58,186 nucleotides of DNA, filler included, from Bipalium vagum (GCA_037834085.1; 3 parts of 3 records of this genome joined end to end with filler, not necessarily neighbours in it), one strand, 5' to 3'. Positions 10,884 through 24,828 are shown, numbered from the whole stretch's first letter. Translations and numbers: made by a program. The notes: generated from the sequence alone by a model not told the origin.

Positions 10884-13334
10884 TCTCTAGATACATTATT
10901 TACCTTAGCATTACATAGAAGATTGACGATTGAAATTTAACGAGGATTGTTATATAAATGATTTCTTATTTTCTTGATATTAAGATAATTTTTGATGTGT
11001 AAAACTTAACAGAAGAAAATTTATGCATCTATAGCTCTAAAGATATTTTTAATATTTTCGATGAAAGTTATTGCCGAACTCCTAGACAAGCTGAAGCAAA
11101 TTTTAAACATCAATTTAACAATTTAGAGTTTGTTTTGTTCTTTTGTAATTTTTTCAGTATTTTTAGTGTATGAAAATTAATCCGATAATGTTAATTTAAT
11201 ATGACTTGTTTTATATTTATGCATGACATCAATTTCACATAGTTTCAAGAAGTAGCAAGGGTATATAATTATATAGTTTTACCTATAAATAATGTTAACA
11301 GTGAAAATTTAATTTTACTTATAAATTGAACATTATTGATGGCCATTCACTTTAGCGATTTTTGACCAATCAAGTCGTTCAGTAGAAAATATCAATACCT
11401 ATTAAGATCATAAAACATTTTGACATGCATAGTGTTGGGCAATAGGAAAAAAGAATACAAACTAACATCTAACCTCTTTTTAGAATTTTTCAAATCTTAG
11501 TTCTTGGTTATTAATTTAAGCAATAATATATGATCCTTGTTAATGGTGCTGCAGTCAGTAAAGTTCTTTAGTCTTATTTATGATACTACCTCCCTTTAAA
11601 CTGTGGGAATCAGAAATAAAGAAGAGAAGGAAATAAAGTAGCTCAACAGTCAGTGTATCAATACAGTTCAAAAATATCAATAATGGATTAGAATTTTTTG
11701 ATAAAAGAAATTTTGTGATTAAAACATTATTTTATAAAATTATCAATATCCTTAAAAACATTTTATTTTTATAATTAAAAGCATTTGAATTATATGATGG
11801 GATTTTAGATTTAGAACATTGTAATTATGTGATGTGATAAATAAATAGGGAATTGTAGTTACGGAGCATTTTATGAAAAGATATTGTAATAATTGTAGCG
11901 ATTTTAAAATTTTTTTATTTTATTGTAATTTTAGCATGAAAACTAAAATAAAATTTCTAATTAATTAATTAAAATTAAAATAATAAAATTAAATAATTTA
12001 ACAAATAAAAATAAAACCTAAAATACATCGACTTCGGGTGACAGGAAGAACGGTGTAGGTCGTCTGAAGCACAAATTAAGATCTAAATTTTAAAAAATAA
12101 ATAAAAACTACCCTCAACAATAATATTACACAATATTTAGGTGGAGAATACAAAACAAATGTCACAATAACTCAGATTAATGATTATGATAATAATAAAA
12201 TTTAGATAATCAATGAAGACATATAAATTTCAAATACTGAAACAAATGATTACCCTTCTTAGACAAATTTTTTTAAAAAGAAAATCGATGGAAAAACAAG
12301 AGCTCCAATAAACACAATCATAATAATACATAGAAGAATACTTACCAGCTCATTGCAATCATAAATGAGAGATGGTAACCACTATGAAAATGGGTCTCAT
12401 AATAATAATAAATCAATAAAATAATAAAAGTGTAATAATAATAAATAATAATAATAAATAGAAAAATAGCGAAAATTTGTAGTTAAGAATATCGATAATG
12501 AGAAATGTAATAGTTGAGCGGGGAATTATGTAAAATAAAAAATAATATGTAATTATGACAAGTATGAATAATGACATCAGGAAATAAGTAGTAAACGTCA
12601 TTTAAAGACATGAATAGCAGTCGTCAATAACACTGGCACACATAATAAGAAAATAGTATAAATACCCAAGGAAAAATCATAAAATTTGCCTTGAAAAATA
12701 TTAAAAATTTGTTTATAATAACTAAAAGTATAAGAAAATTAATCAGAGTTTATCATAACTCAATTAAAATAAATTGTAAGTGAATTATTATATTCACTTT
12801 AATTAATTAAAATTTTTAAACAGAATGTGAATATTATTTCCCGGTTCTGTCTTTATCAATAATTTTTATTTTCATGTAATTGTTTTTATTATATTGTTTT
12901 GTAATATTTCCAACAATTACGGTCTGATAAATTAGTTATCAGATTTGATTTTTTTTCAAGAAGTGTGCACACATCTCATTGAGTAGATTGATCTCTTCTG
13001 AAATAATAAAAAGTCATTTTGATCCTTTGAGTTTATTTAAATACATTGTAAAAATTGTTGTATAAAAAATAAAAGTTTGAAAACAAATATTTATCTTTAG
13101 TACACTACCTTTAAAACTGGGAGTCAGATAAGAGAAATTACCCAACGTCCACCAAAGAACTTAACAAAATGATCATCCACAACGTGTTTTCATAGACACT
13201 GTAAATCCTAAATCATCAATAAAAAAAATTGAATCATCAAATCTTGAAATATATTAGATCTACAAGTTGAAAAGGTGCATATTTTAGTTATTACTATAAT
13301 TCAAAAGATTAATAAAATATAGATATATTTATTC

Positions 13335-13960
13335 AAGGTATATGTACAATTAATCTGGGAAATAATCTCCATAATTATTTATACATTTTTCAGGCATTTG
13401 GTAAATTCCGTTTCGAAAAAATATGGCGATTTTGAATCAATGAAATTGGTTAATGAATTTTGGATATCATCAATTGTTTTGAACTGCAAAATGATGTTGA
13501 AGAGACCTGAATTGATAATGATCTGAAGGCGCCATGTCAGGTGAGTAAGTCGCATGAGGGAGAACTTCCTATCTCAGATTGGAAAGATAGTCGACAGTGG
13601 TCTTTGATATGCGTGGTCGGGCTTTGTCGTGCAGAAGAATGACAGGCCTGGTTCCGGTACCTGTAAATGGTATGTTTTTTGCCAGAGCCTCATTCAAGTG
13701 GATCAATTGGCTAATGTACCTTTTCACTGTTTTGTCTGGCTTTAGAAACTCATAGTATACTATTCTCATACATTCCCACCAAATGGACAGTAAGGTTTTT
13801 GCTGCGTGAATATTTCGTTTGGCAATAGTATAAGATGGCTGACCTAGACGAACCAAAGATTGCTTTCGTTTTGGGTTTTCGTAATATACTCATTTTTTTT
13901 CATTTCCAGTTATAATTTTGAGCAGGAAAAGTTTTTCTGAAATATCTTTAGCAGGGAAAT
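13335..13960 (-). mobile_element. Mariner (DD34D-type) transposase relic, catalytic and C-terminal part
   Basis: Motifs IITGNEK, KTLLSIWW, ILLHDKARP, HATYSPDMAPSD on minus strand with frameshifts; TIR-like end near 13335. Confidence 0.85.
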
Positions 13961-15449
13961 CGCAGTGTCATACTGTCTCTTTTTGTTCTCTGGAGTGAGA
14001 ATGAGGCACTATGAGCAATAAATGATAAAGGTATACACATACTCAGATTTAATTTTGATAGAACCTTCAGAATTTCAAATTTACTCTTTTGAAAGAATAT
14101 GACAAACCTTTTGCAACGCTCACAATAGAATTAAACTCTTTCAAATCTTATTTTACGGAATTTAGAAAGATCCTACAATCTTCATCAATCCATGATTTAA
14201 TAGTAGTGCATTGTCTTGCCTGGCTGATAGGTCTTAATTATATTGTAAATTTTTGGCTTCTTTATTCCAAATACTCTTGCTATTTATTTATGTTATTACC
14301 GGAATTGTATGACTTTACTACATTGGACCAGGTTTCATTACTAATATAGTTTTTTTTCTTATTTGAACCTAAAAATTGCAACTAAATCTGAACAAAGTTA
14401 TAAAACTTAAAAAAAATATTTTAAATTAAATAATACACGATGAAAATGTGGATTTTTACCGTTCTCGTACTCCCAAATTTGCGTTTGTTTTAATTTTTCA
14501 AAATTAACATTTGTTACTAGTAACATAATCAAATTTAAAAAATTGGAATTAAGATATATATTTAAAGACTTACATAGATAAATAATAAATAATTCAGAAT
14601 ATATAAACAAGGAGGTATAACGGAATTTTACTTGAAAATGTATTTAAACAATCAAATATTAAATGTAATTAAACAATTTTTATTCCTCCTTAAATGTTTT
14701 TCATCATCTTATTCGATTTTTCCTTTTCCACATTTTTAATAAATTATAATATACAATTTTTAATATATTTTTTAAAATTAACCTTGCGTCTTGTAATATT
14801 AAAATAACTTAATATTAAGTTTTTAAAAATATTGTTTGGTTCGCCAAGAGGTATCTACCGAAAGGTTGGCGTAAAATAATAATAATGTTGGGTTTACCCA
14901 AAACACCCACCCGTCTCAAATGAAAATTGTAAAAGAGTGTTTAAAATAATAAGAATAATAATATTAATAATAATTATGAAATTTGGCCCAAAAGGACCAA
15001 AAAAAAATAATCATAATACTAAGAATAATAATTAAATAATAATTTTGGCTAATTAAAAAGTTCAAAGTTAATTAAAAGGGAAAAAAGGTAATACATTATT
15101 TTTTTTCAGATCTAATCTTGATAATGACGAACCTAAATTGCCAAGATTAGATAAGGCTCCGCAAGAAGGAACTGATTTAGGATTAATGATCCTAAAAGGA
15201 AATTGACATTTCCCATTAATAAAATTGGTCTACGATTGAATAGTCGTCGATCAAAATACTATATAAGAAGAAGGATTTCTCCATAAAGTTCTCCAATCAA
15301 GGTTCTTATATAGAAAAATAATCAAGTGCATAAATTTTCTTGTTTCATACTAAACTTGTACTAAAATAAATTTATATGAATTATTCCATCCTTTTCTTAC
15401 GTAGTAATCACACCTCTAGTATAAAACTAATAATATTAATATTTATTTA

Positions 15450-15452
15450 ATG

Positions 15453-15507
<55 letters not shown>

Positions 15508-15529
15508 TAATAATAATAATAATAATAAT
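15450..15529 (+). repeat. (AAT)n microsatellite running into the gap
   Basis: Direct observation. Confidence 0.95.
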
Positions 15530-15629
15530 NNNNNNNNNNNNNNNNNNNNNNNNNNNNNNNNNNNNNNNNNNNNTTAATTAATTAANNNNNNNNNNNNNNN
15601 NNNNNNNNNNNNNNNNNNNNNNNNNNNNN
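15530..15629. other. Artificial contig linker (44N + TTAATTAATTAA + 44N)
   Basis: Exactly 100 bp, identical to 32410-32509; the 12-mer gives stops in all six frames. Confidence 0.95.
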
Positions 15630-15770
15630 TGCTGATGTTAAACAAACTGGTCGTCCAAAAACAAGCCGTTCAAAGGTCAATATTGAAACAGTGTGTGGGA
15701 ATGTCCGTGAAAGTTCAGAAACGGTGCGGATTATATGCTGGAGGCATTATTGGACCATATTTTTTCGAAC
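15630..15770 (+). mobile_element. Tc1/mariner (rosa/DD41D-like) transposase relic with internal deletion
   Basis: ADVKQTGRPKTSRSKVNIETV joined directly to CGLYAGGIIGPYFFE (GRP motif and IIGPYFFE motif). Confidence 0.65.
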
Positions 15771-17384
15771 GCTGCTTCTTCTCTATGATTCATTATAATA
15801 TGATTTTGTGATGGAAACCTCAGCTTAGACGATATAATTCCACTCTGGACTAAATTCCTATGACAACAATTTCGATCTTAATAAGAAGTAATTAATGAAA
15901 CTTAACAGATAAGGTCTTCTTGTTCTCATGTCGATAGAATTTTAACATTTCATAAATCTAGGATATATATTCAAAATTGACACACTACCTCCATATATAA
16001 ACTATCGGAAACTGATAAATTGAACTGTATGAAACTCGCTATTTTCTTCATTTCATCTAATAAAACAAATCGCTATTGAACAGATTAGTTAGTTTATTAT
16101 AATATACGAAAAGTGAATTCTGTACAATAACATACGATGAAGTACTTGGAAAAAACACAGAAACAGTTGCAAAGGTTGACTTATATTCAATGAAGGTGTT
16201 GCTAAGGATAAGCACTTTTACAGTGTCCAGACGTACCATTGTTGTTAAGATCGGATTTAATTTATGTTATCATTTGATATATAAGTCAGAACACAATTTT
16301 AATGTCTACATATAACGGTGGTCTTGTTTTTAGGCAGTGGAAGGGATGGGCAGCTATGTGTTACCAACATAAAGTGGTCTGTCGTTTTTGATATTTATAT
16401 CCTCGAGTACCGTGAAGATGTAAGAGTCCGGTGCATCTAAATATTGATTTATGGGACACAATATACTCATACCCACAATCTGAAGGTATTTACTTAATAC
16501 ATAAATTCTAAGATGTTTTCAGAATTTTTAGTTGTTACAAATGAATTGATTTTTATTTAATAAATTTGATAACATATTATATGTAGCAATCATAAAACGA
16601 GAAAGTCTGTATCGTATATCGGATAGATTCTATAAAAAATCTTTCATTTAAATAAATTAAAATTTTTCAAGTTTTGCTGTTTTCATTTTGGCCTGATTTT
16701 GATTTTCAAGGATTTCCTGAAACACTCAAAGTGGGATTTAATTTATTAGATTAATTTCGAGTCAAATTATTTCTTCAGATAATTCTAAGCTGGTGGAAGA
16801 ACTTCGATTCTATTAGGCTTTTGATATCTGGTTAATTTGTTTCGAATTTTCTAAAGTTCATAAAAATAAAATTTAACAAAATTTTTTTCAAATTTTGAGA
16901 CTTCAAATACCATTGCAATAACATTTCAAAAATACGGTGAAACTAGTTACGAATATTTAAACAAACCTAATAATGTGCAGCGTTAACTAATTTTCAGCCC
17001 AGTTTTCAAATTTTTTAAAAGATAATCATTTTTATTTTAAAATAGAAGTATTTCAATGAATATTACATATGTATATGAAGATAAAGATGAAATAAATAAA
17101 ATTGATAATGTATTTGAAAAATAAAGTAAAGTTAATGGAAGTTAAAAGAGGTGGATCAGAGGGGTTCTGCTAACTAATACTTAATGGAGTAAAGCTTTCT
17201 TAGCTAGATAGTTTTGAGAAAATAATTTGTCAGCAGAAGACTTAGAAGAGAGATTTTTTGTGAGTAAAAGCTATTAAGAAGATTTTAAATTAGATATTTT
17301 TAAGGAATTGTTGAAAACTCTGCAGTCGAATTTTTGAAGACGAATTTCGAAGACATCAGTGGAATCGCATATAACTGAGTTTTG

Positions 17385-17387
<3 letters not shown>

Positions 17388-17428
<41 letters not shown>
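17388..17428 (+). repeat. (TA)n microsatellite
   Basis: Direct observation. Confidence 0.95.
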
Positions 17429-17431
<3 letters not shown>

Positions 17432-19446
17432 TTTTATTTATTTGTTAGTTTAGTTCATTTATTTATCTGTGTGTGAACCAAATTATTATTGGCTTATAAA
17501 CTGGAGTCAGATCAAATCAAATAAAGGAGAACCTAAAATTTATTCTTCTCATTAAATATTAACACAAATATACACATTTTTTAATCCATTAAAATAAATG
17601 TTAAATCTGAGATGCCTGAATTTGGATTTCTAAGCCATATAAATTATATGTATGAATTTTGTTTAAGTTCATGAAAATCAAACAAAATCAATTCTTGTAA
17701 AAAAACGAATTAAATTTCCGGAAAATCCAAATTTTTCTTTTAGCAGATGGTAGTTTTGATTTTAACTAATAAAGAAACTGAATATGTTATATTAGTTATT
17801 AAAGAATGTTAAGCATATTTTGAGAATCCTTGTCTCCATTATTAATTAAACAATAAAAAATATTGATATTAACATTAAATCAATTATATTATGAGAATTA
17901 GTTTAATTTCAATAAGTGTTAGTATTCGGTGAACGTATCGTATATATTATAATTTAGGAATTGTCAATTTTTGCTATTTTTAGTATTTTTAGGACCCTTA
18001 AAATCAATTAGGCCAGAAATTATTACTTGGCGGTCATTGTTTCTATGATAGGGAAGTGCGATTTCTTTTCCCTTATTTTTCTGTAATCTTTAAAGGAATT
18101 TACTAAATATTATTTTTGATACAAAAAGAGTTCTCTCAAACATTCGCTTAATCGAATCATCAATGTTGTTAGTTGAAAATTAATCGAATATGCTGGGTTC
18201 CAAAAAACGGCAATTAAGTATTATTATATTTTTGATTTTATTATTTCTTAATATCTTCATATTTAGACTAAAACTTTTTTAATTGCCTTTTTTTTGAAAT
18301 TATACATTATTTGATTAAAATAATTATTTGTTTTAATGTTAAATAGTCTGTATAAAATATAATATTTCATCGAAGTATCAAAAATATAATATACCACATT
18401 TACCTTGTGTCATATTTATAACTTCAACATTAATGATAAAATAGAACAAAAATTATTTTACGTTGTTTTTTTAAACAATTTTCTTTCTATTTCTTTCCTA
18501 TTTTTCTTCTCAGTTAATTAATACGGTTAATTATGAAAATATTTTAAGTTAAGAAAAATAATTTATTAAGCAAAATAACAATTTTCTCTTTCAATGAATA
18601 AATAAAAAAAGCATCATATTAAAAGAATCTCAATTTTCTCCGTTCAACGTTCTTCATCAAAAATTTATAATATCTAAAATAATAGAAAAAATAAAGTCTT
18701 GGCAGATAAGTTACTTTCATACATTTTTTGAATTATTTTCTCAATTTTGTTTAAATCATTACGTTTATTTTCTTTAAATCAACATCGATGAATAAATGTA
18801 TTTATCAAAGGAAAATATTTATTTATTTTTGTATTTTGATAGAAAATTTGTAATTTTTAAAAAAATTATTTGAAATCTTGCTGATTTCGTAGAACAGATT
18901 AATGTGGAGTACTATAATGTGCAGTACTATAATGTGTTACACAGATGTTTTTGTATGTTTTAATCAACACTGTTGCGATTAGGAGCTATTATTAATTATG
19001 ATATTAAAAAATGATTATGAAGTTTTTCTTAAAACAATTGATGTACGATTGATGTCGAAAGGGAACTTTGTAAATGATTTCTAAGAAGTAAAGTTGACCA
19101 AACTATGGCATGAGGAATGAGAGAAATATTTTAGACATCGAAAATTGATTTAAATATCAAACAAAACATTACGATGATAAGTAAAATTAATTTTCAATAC
19201 TAAAAATATTGATAGTGGAATTTAATGATCAATAAAATTTTACAAAACAATAAAATAATTTTGACCAATGATATTGATTATATTACGTTTATTAAAGTGT
19301 TATTTAACTTTTCTTTTATTGGTTAAAATTTATTTTCATTATAACAAAATATAATCACAATAATATTTTAAAGGGGAAAAATCAGTTGAAAAATATTTAT
19401 TTAACATTTTATTTAATGATAAAATTTCCAATTCAGAGCAAGTCTA

Positions 19447-20556
19447 TTAAGTCTTTTCCATTATCATTTTTGTTTCTATTAACGAATCGTGAGCATTGTT
19501 TTCCTTGCTAGGATCGAGAAACTGTTTCTCACTTAAAAGAACGTTGGTTTTGACAAATCTTAGTTTTAATGGTTTCGGACAGTGTGCTACAGTTTTCAAG
19601 GTACTTCTGAATTGTTTAGACATGATGTAGTAAATCGCAAAATTACAAGGGTATGATATAAGGACTACTAAGTCGCACGTTGTTATCAACATTGTAAAAA
19701 GAGGATCATTGAGATCAAAATTGAATGTTTTGCCAACAATATATGCCACTATAGTGGCTCCCGTAGGAATTTCAACAAAAAGAAACAAAATTAAAACTAC
19801 TAATAACATATGTGAAATGGAGTTAGATGAAGAATCCGATCGTTGAGATGGTACATTTTTCTTCGAAGCATTTTGAATTAATCTAGAATGATTCCTTTTA
19901 GCTTGACCTAAAGCTTGAATTAAAAGAACAGTAAACATGGACAATATCAGGCATGGTAAAACATTAATAAGACAAACTCGTAGCCAGTAATAAATTATGA
20001 TAAAATCTTCGCGTACCACGAGACATTTAACAACATTATTTTCTGGTTCCTTAGTAAAATAAACCATAAATGTTATACAATGACACAAAGTGCTTGTAAC
20101 AAATACCATGTAGAGACATGTCTTTGCTGATTTAACGGTCCAAAATTGATGTATTACGACAGGCATTTTAATATAGAAATATCTTTGAATTGCTAGGATG
20201 AGAGTCAACCAGTTGGCGGCTGTATGGAATATCGTTGGCAGTACAACTGTGAGATAGTGATTTACAAAAGCTTTGGAAATAGTGATTGTTAAAACAAATT
20301 CTGAATTGAGTTTTGCTAGATACATTGGCAGGGGCACCAGACCTGTGAGTAGATTAGCTATTTCCATTCCAAGCAGAATAACGTTGGTCGGAGAAATCAT
20401 GTGGGGTTTCGTTAGAACTATGGACGCAATTATATTGGTAACGAATGTCACCATAATAACAAGCGGGGAAATTTGACTCTTAATAACATATTCGAACCCA
20501 GTTTGATTTAATGTGCAAAAACTGCATTGGTTATAATTGACTGAAAAATTTTGCAT
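19447..20556 (-). CDS. Intronless rhodopsin-like GPCR, sex-peptide/MIP receptor (SPR)/DMSR-like, 369 aa
   Basis: Seven hydrophobic segments; family motifs VLTKPHMISPTNVIL, PTIFHTAANWLTLILAIQRY, LPCLIL, FLFVEIP, SYPCNFAIYYIMSKQFR. Confidence 0.92.
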   Translation of the reverse strand: MQNFSVNYNQCSFCTLNQTGFEYVIKSQISPLVIMVTFVTNIIASIVLTKPHMISPTNVILLGMEIANLLTGLVPLPMYLAKLNSEFVLTITISKAFVNHYLTVVLPTIFHTAANWLTLILAIQRYFYIKMPVVIHQFWTVKSAKTCLYMVFVTSTLCHCITFMVYFTKEPENNVVKCLVVREDFIIIYYWLRVCLINVLPCLILSMFTVLLIQALGQAKRNHSRLIQNASKKNVPSQRSDSSSNSISHMLLVVLILFLFVEIPTGATIVAYIVGKTFNFDLNDPLFTMLITTCDLVVLISYPCNFAIYYIMSKQFRSTLKTVAHCPKPLKLRFVKTNVLLSEKQFLDPSKENNAHDSLIETKMIMEKT

Positions 20557-21965
20557 TTTGCTTTTTATAAATGGAGCGGTTTCACATCACGGAAAAGAGT
20601 AGACTGATGTTTTGTTCAGCTTCACTTCCAATTCTGTCAGCCAGATTGTCAGGCTTTACCATTTCGAAGTGTTGATGGAATAGGAAAATCAATTTCGTTT
20701 TTTATCTTCATTAATCGATTACAAAATAAATTAAATTTAAAAGTTCTAAAAATGAAAAACTGGCGGCTCAATTTTTAAAATAGAAATTATATTAAATTTG
20801 TTTGAATCAATCAAAATAATAAAAATGAAAATTGGTATTTTACTTTACCGTCGTCTAATTTATAAATTGATTATTTCTTTTATTCAAAGTAAGAATATAT
20901 GTGAAAAAATTTCATCAAAATATATGAAGGAAATAAATTTATGTTGCACATTAAAAAATATATAGAAACATTACAGAAAAATTATAGAAAGAAAACAGTA
21001 GAAATAAAAAAAGATTAATAAAAAATACAGCCCAATGAAATTCAGTGGGTGAAAAGATAATTTTCTCTAAAAGCAAAGATATATCATAATAAAATCTTGT
21101 CTTTTTCCTTTTATTGACATGGAAATCAGTGTATGATGAAGTTGATTGAAGAAAGAAATGAATTATTTTGATCTGGATTCCTTCAAAGGTTATATCCAAA
21201 TTGCTTTGAAATTAGTTTTGGAATTTATCCATTCACATCTTCTACAGATAATTATATAATTCTAAAAGAAATGAGTTTCATGTTTGGATTTTATTATTTA
21301 TTTCTGAACAATATGAAATTGTTAATTAAGAAAAAATTAAAGATATTTACAGTAAATCTATTCATCCTACGACACACTTCTACAAATAATAATTTAATAA
21401 AATATAACATAAGTAAATAATATATTAAAATATAAGTATAAATACGTATATTCTTTTATTCGTCATTTTATGTTCATTTATTCCTTAAATGTTGATCTTA
21501 TTTGTTTACCTATCATGAATCTAGATGATCTCAACAACATTAATTAAGTCTACTTTGTCTTGAAGACCATGGTTACTTAATTATTGCGATCATCACAAAA
21601 TATAATGTCATTAAGAATGACAATATGTATAAGGTGATCCTTTTTAATACTAATTATATTCATGAGTTGACATTTTGTTCAATTCCATACTCTTGGGACA
21701 ATCAGTATCAATCTTTCATTAGTCCGTTTTTGAAAGCTTAATTACTTCTTGGCTTATTGTATTTGATGTAGCTGTTGTTTTCATTACCTTTGTATTTATA
21801 TTGTTTGTTACCATACTCCTTCAACCTATTAGGGATGTTGTTAAATGTTGTCTTCCTATAGGGAAACCAATCAGTAATTTGGTAGAGTTTTTTCTTGATT
21901 AAAGGACTAAGCTCTTCCATTTTATTCAGAACTAATATCTAAAATTATAAAACTTAATTATAATA

Positions 21966-22528
21966 TTAAGTGTTCAAAAGAGTAATTGCGGTATTTAACC
22001 ATATACTTCAAACCGTCACTTATCCATTTATCCACTTTTTCGTATTTCCAAGAGATTTTAGACTTATTCTTACAGATTCTTGATTTCAATTGAGTTCTTT
22101 TGACAATTCAACACACGCGGTGATTGTATTTTGAGAAAGCCTTTGAAGCAGCTCACAATAATTTAACTTTTTAACGATGTCGTTTCCGGATTTGAAATGT
22201 TGAAACCAAAATTGGACTGCTCTCTGTTTCATAAAATTCCCTCGATAAACATCAATAATTGCTTTTGCCGATTCTTCTGTTTTTAAACTAAGTTTAAAGT
22301 CATACAATAAAAAGTAGCGATATTTGATATCTAGGTATATCATCTTTATTCCAAATGAACAATAACGAATAATGATATTTGTTTAAAATACTTAAAAATT
22401 ACCAAATCTTGATAAAATATATTTTTTAATGATACTAAAATGAACTTATAATATTTTGTAAATCTTTTAAAATTTTAATTAAAAGTACAAGTATTTAAAA
22501 CACTGCAATTACTCTTTTGGATGCTTAA
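21966..22528 (-). mobile_element. Internally deleted mariner element (563 bp) with both TIRs and TA TSD
   Basis: TIRs ttaagtgttcaaaagagtaattgcggta and (reverse complement) ttaagcatccaaaagagtaattgcagtg, each flanked by TA; encloses ORF 22086-22343 with mariner N-terminal HTH (YRYFLLYDFK...VQFWFQHFKSG). Confidence 0.88.
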
Positions 22529-24416
22529 TAAACAAATCAAGGTTAAATAGAAACTTTGAAGAAAATTATGCATAATATTCACGATAACATTCACTTCGAA
22601 CAATTTGCATCTGTTACATCTTCAATAGATAAAATATTAAAAACATGAAACAAACTATTTACATTAGTTACCAAATTAAATAATTTCCTACTTTTATAAC
22701 AATTATTAAAGAAAACTGGCGGTGTATGCATCAAAACCTTTTGATAATTGATTGATAACATTTTGGAAAGACAAAAATTGAAATATCTGTTGAATATCAG
22801 TTCAGAAATATAGATTAATTAAACAAACTAATAATACCAAACTAAAAATTTATTTATGTATATGCAAAAAATTTTTATTATTAACAATACTAAAATACAG
22901 GAACACTATTGAATAATATATCGTGAAGTGGAGATAGAAATGAGATATAATAATAATTAATAATATATGATGTATTTGTTTCATTTTATTGCTACCTTTT
23001 ATTGTTTAAATTTTACTTGATTAACTTATAAAAATTATTCATACTTTATTCAGTATTAAATTAATGAGGAACATGAAATATATTCCAGAATACATAATTA
23101 TTATAAGCACAAGAAAAGCGTCTTATTTGCAAAGACGAATGAACAAAGCATTACATAAAGACTTTTAAACCTTTTTTTAGTCTAGAAAATTTTTAAAAAT
23201 TGATTCAATAAAATAAAAATTAATTAATTACTTGTTCTAATATTCTGAAACGTTATAAGTTGTCAAACCTCAATTCTTCTAAATTTTTCGTAAAATTTTT
23301 TTTATTTTATAAAAATTCATAAAATTTCATTTTATTTCATTAACTTTACATTTAATATTAATTTGAAAGAAATAAAAAATAAATAAAAATATAAACTGAT
23401 TTTATTAGTATATATATAAATAACATTGTTTATGCAATTAAAAATAAATATAAAATATAATATAATAATACAAAAAAGGTTAATAATAAATAAATATTTT
23501 GGATTATTAGTCTTTTTAGTTAATCACATTATATCGACTGAGAATTAAAAAGAAACAAATTAAAATAATGGAAATAAAAGAAATTTTGTTTGAATTAAAT
23601 TATGTTTCCAAAGTTTCTAATATTCAGAAAAATTCGAACTGTCATAATGTTTATTGACATTTTTAGACATAGCTCGATGAATATTTCATGGTGCATGAAA
23701 ATTTCAATATTATTAATATTTTTGATAAAAAAAATAGATAGAGACTGCCAGAATAATTTAATTTAATATTCATTCTCACTTTATCACTCTGGTAGAAAAC
23801 AGTGGCATAATTAAATCCAAAATAAAAAATAATTTAAATTTCTTTCTTAAATATTAACAATTATTTTCTTCAATATTTCATAAATATATTAAATAGTGGA
23901 ACAGTCTTTAATTAAAATAAGTATTTTTATTAATAATAAATTATATTGTTTAAATGAATATAAAAATTGAATCGTTCGGATATTTAACTAAACCATTCAA
24001 TGTTTTAAATGAATTAAATCAATAAAATGAAAAAAGAAATTTATTATAATCAATCTCAAAATACATGATAATTATGTTTCATTAAATTTTATTTAAAAGT
24101 AATAAATAAAACATTAAAACAAAAAATACCCTTGTTTTTTGAAAATTTATCAGATCTTAAAATGAAGAAGATCAGAAAATGAAGGATAAATTTCTGTCGC
24201 TTCAAAAGTTTAGAAATTATAATATCATTTGACATAATTGTACAGACACGTGTAATATTTCATTTCATAAACATTATAGAATTTTAAATTCACTTGCCGG
24301 AAAGTTTTATTAAGTGCTCATTTATATTTTATGTAAAACGATTTAGAAAAACAAACCATTTTAACATTAAAATAAATAAATATATAAAAAATATCTTTTA
24401 TATATTCATTAATATA

Positions 24417-24828
24417 TTATGTATATGCATTGAAAGTGAGCTTTTTATAAATAGCTGTAATAAAGAAAATTATTCATTTGTTTAAATAAACTATTTGAAT
24501 ATTTATTGTTTATGCATTTTTCAAAAAAAATCTATAAAAACATATTCTGATATCTTTAACTATATTTTATTTTTATCTTTTTTAGATGGATGTTTATATA
24601 TTCTTCAAGAAAGCTGAAAACTGGACCACTGATTTGACAGTCAAAAAAGATGCTGAGGAATTCATCTGATTCCTAATAAAATAAGAGAAAGTTAATTTTT
24701 GTATTATATCAACATTAGTTATAAATATTTTTAAAAATTCTCATTTTCGTTTGATGTTTACTTAATATTTTTATTATCTATTAAATAAAGTATATTAAAA
24801 ATAGCTTACTTTCAATGCATAAACCTAA
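24417..24828 (+). mobile_element. Mariner-derived MITE (412 bp)
   Basis: TIRs ttatgtatatgcattgaaagtgagc / ttaggtttatgcattgaaagtaagc (reverse complement), TA-flanked; interior 24590-24660 is homologous to the mariner relic at 5490-5600. Confidence 0.75.

Noticed and set aside
15574-15585. TTAATTAATTAA palindrome as a biological site
   Set aside because: Sits at the centre of two identical 100-bp N blocks; synthetic linker.
16780-16860. KPNRIE peptide on minus strand shared with the 57240 region
   Set aside because: Only six residues match and flanks do not align; likely chance.
18901-18936. 15-bp tandem duplication (aatgtg(g/c)agtactat x2)
   Set aside because: Simple local slippage; not a CRISPR-like or spaced array.
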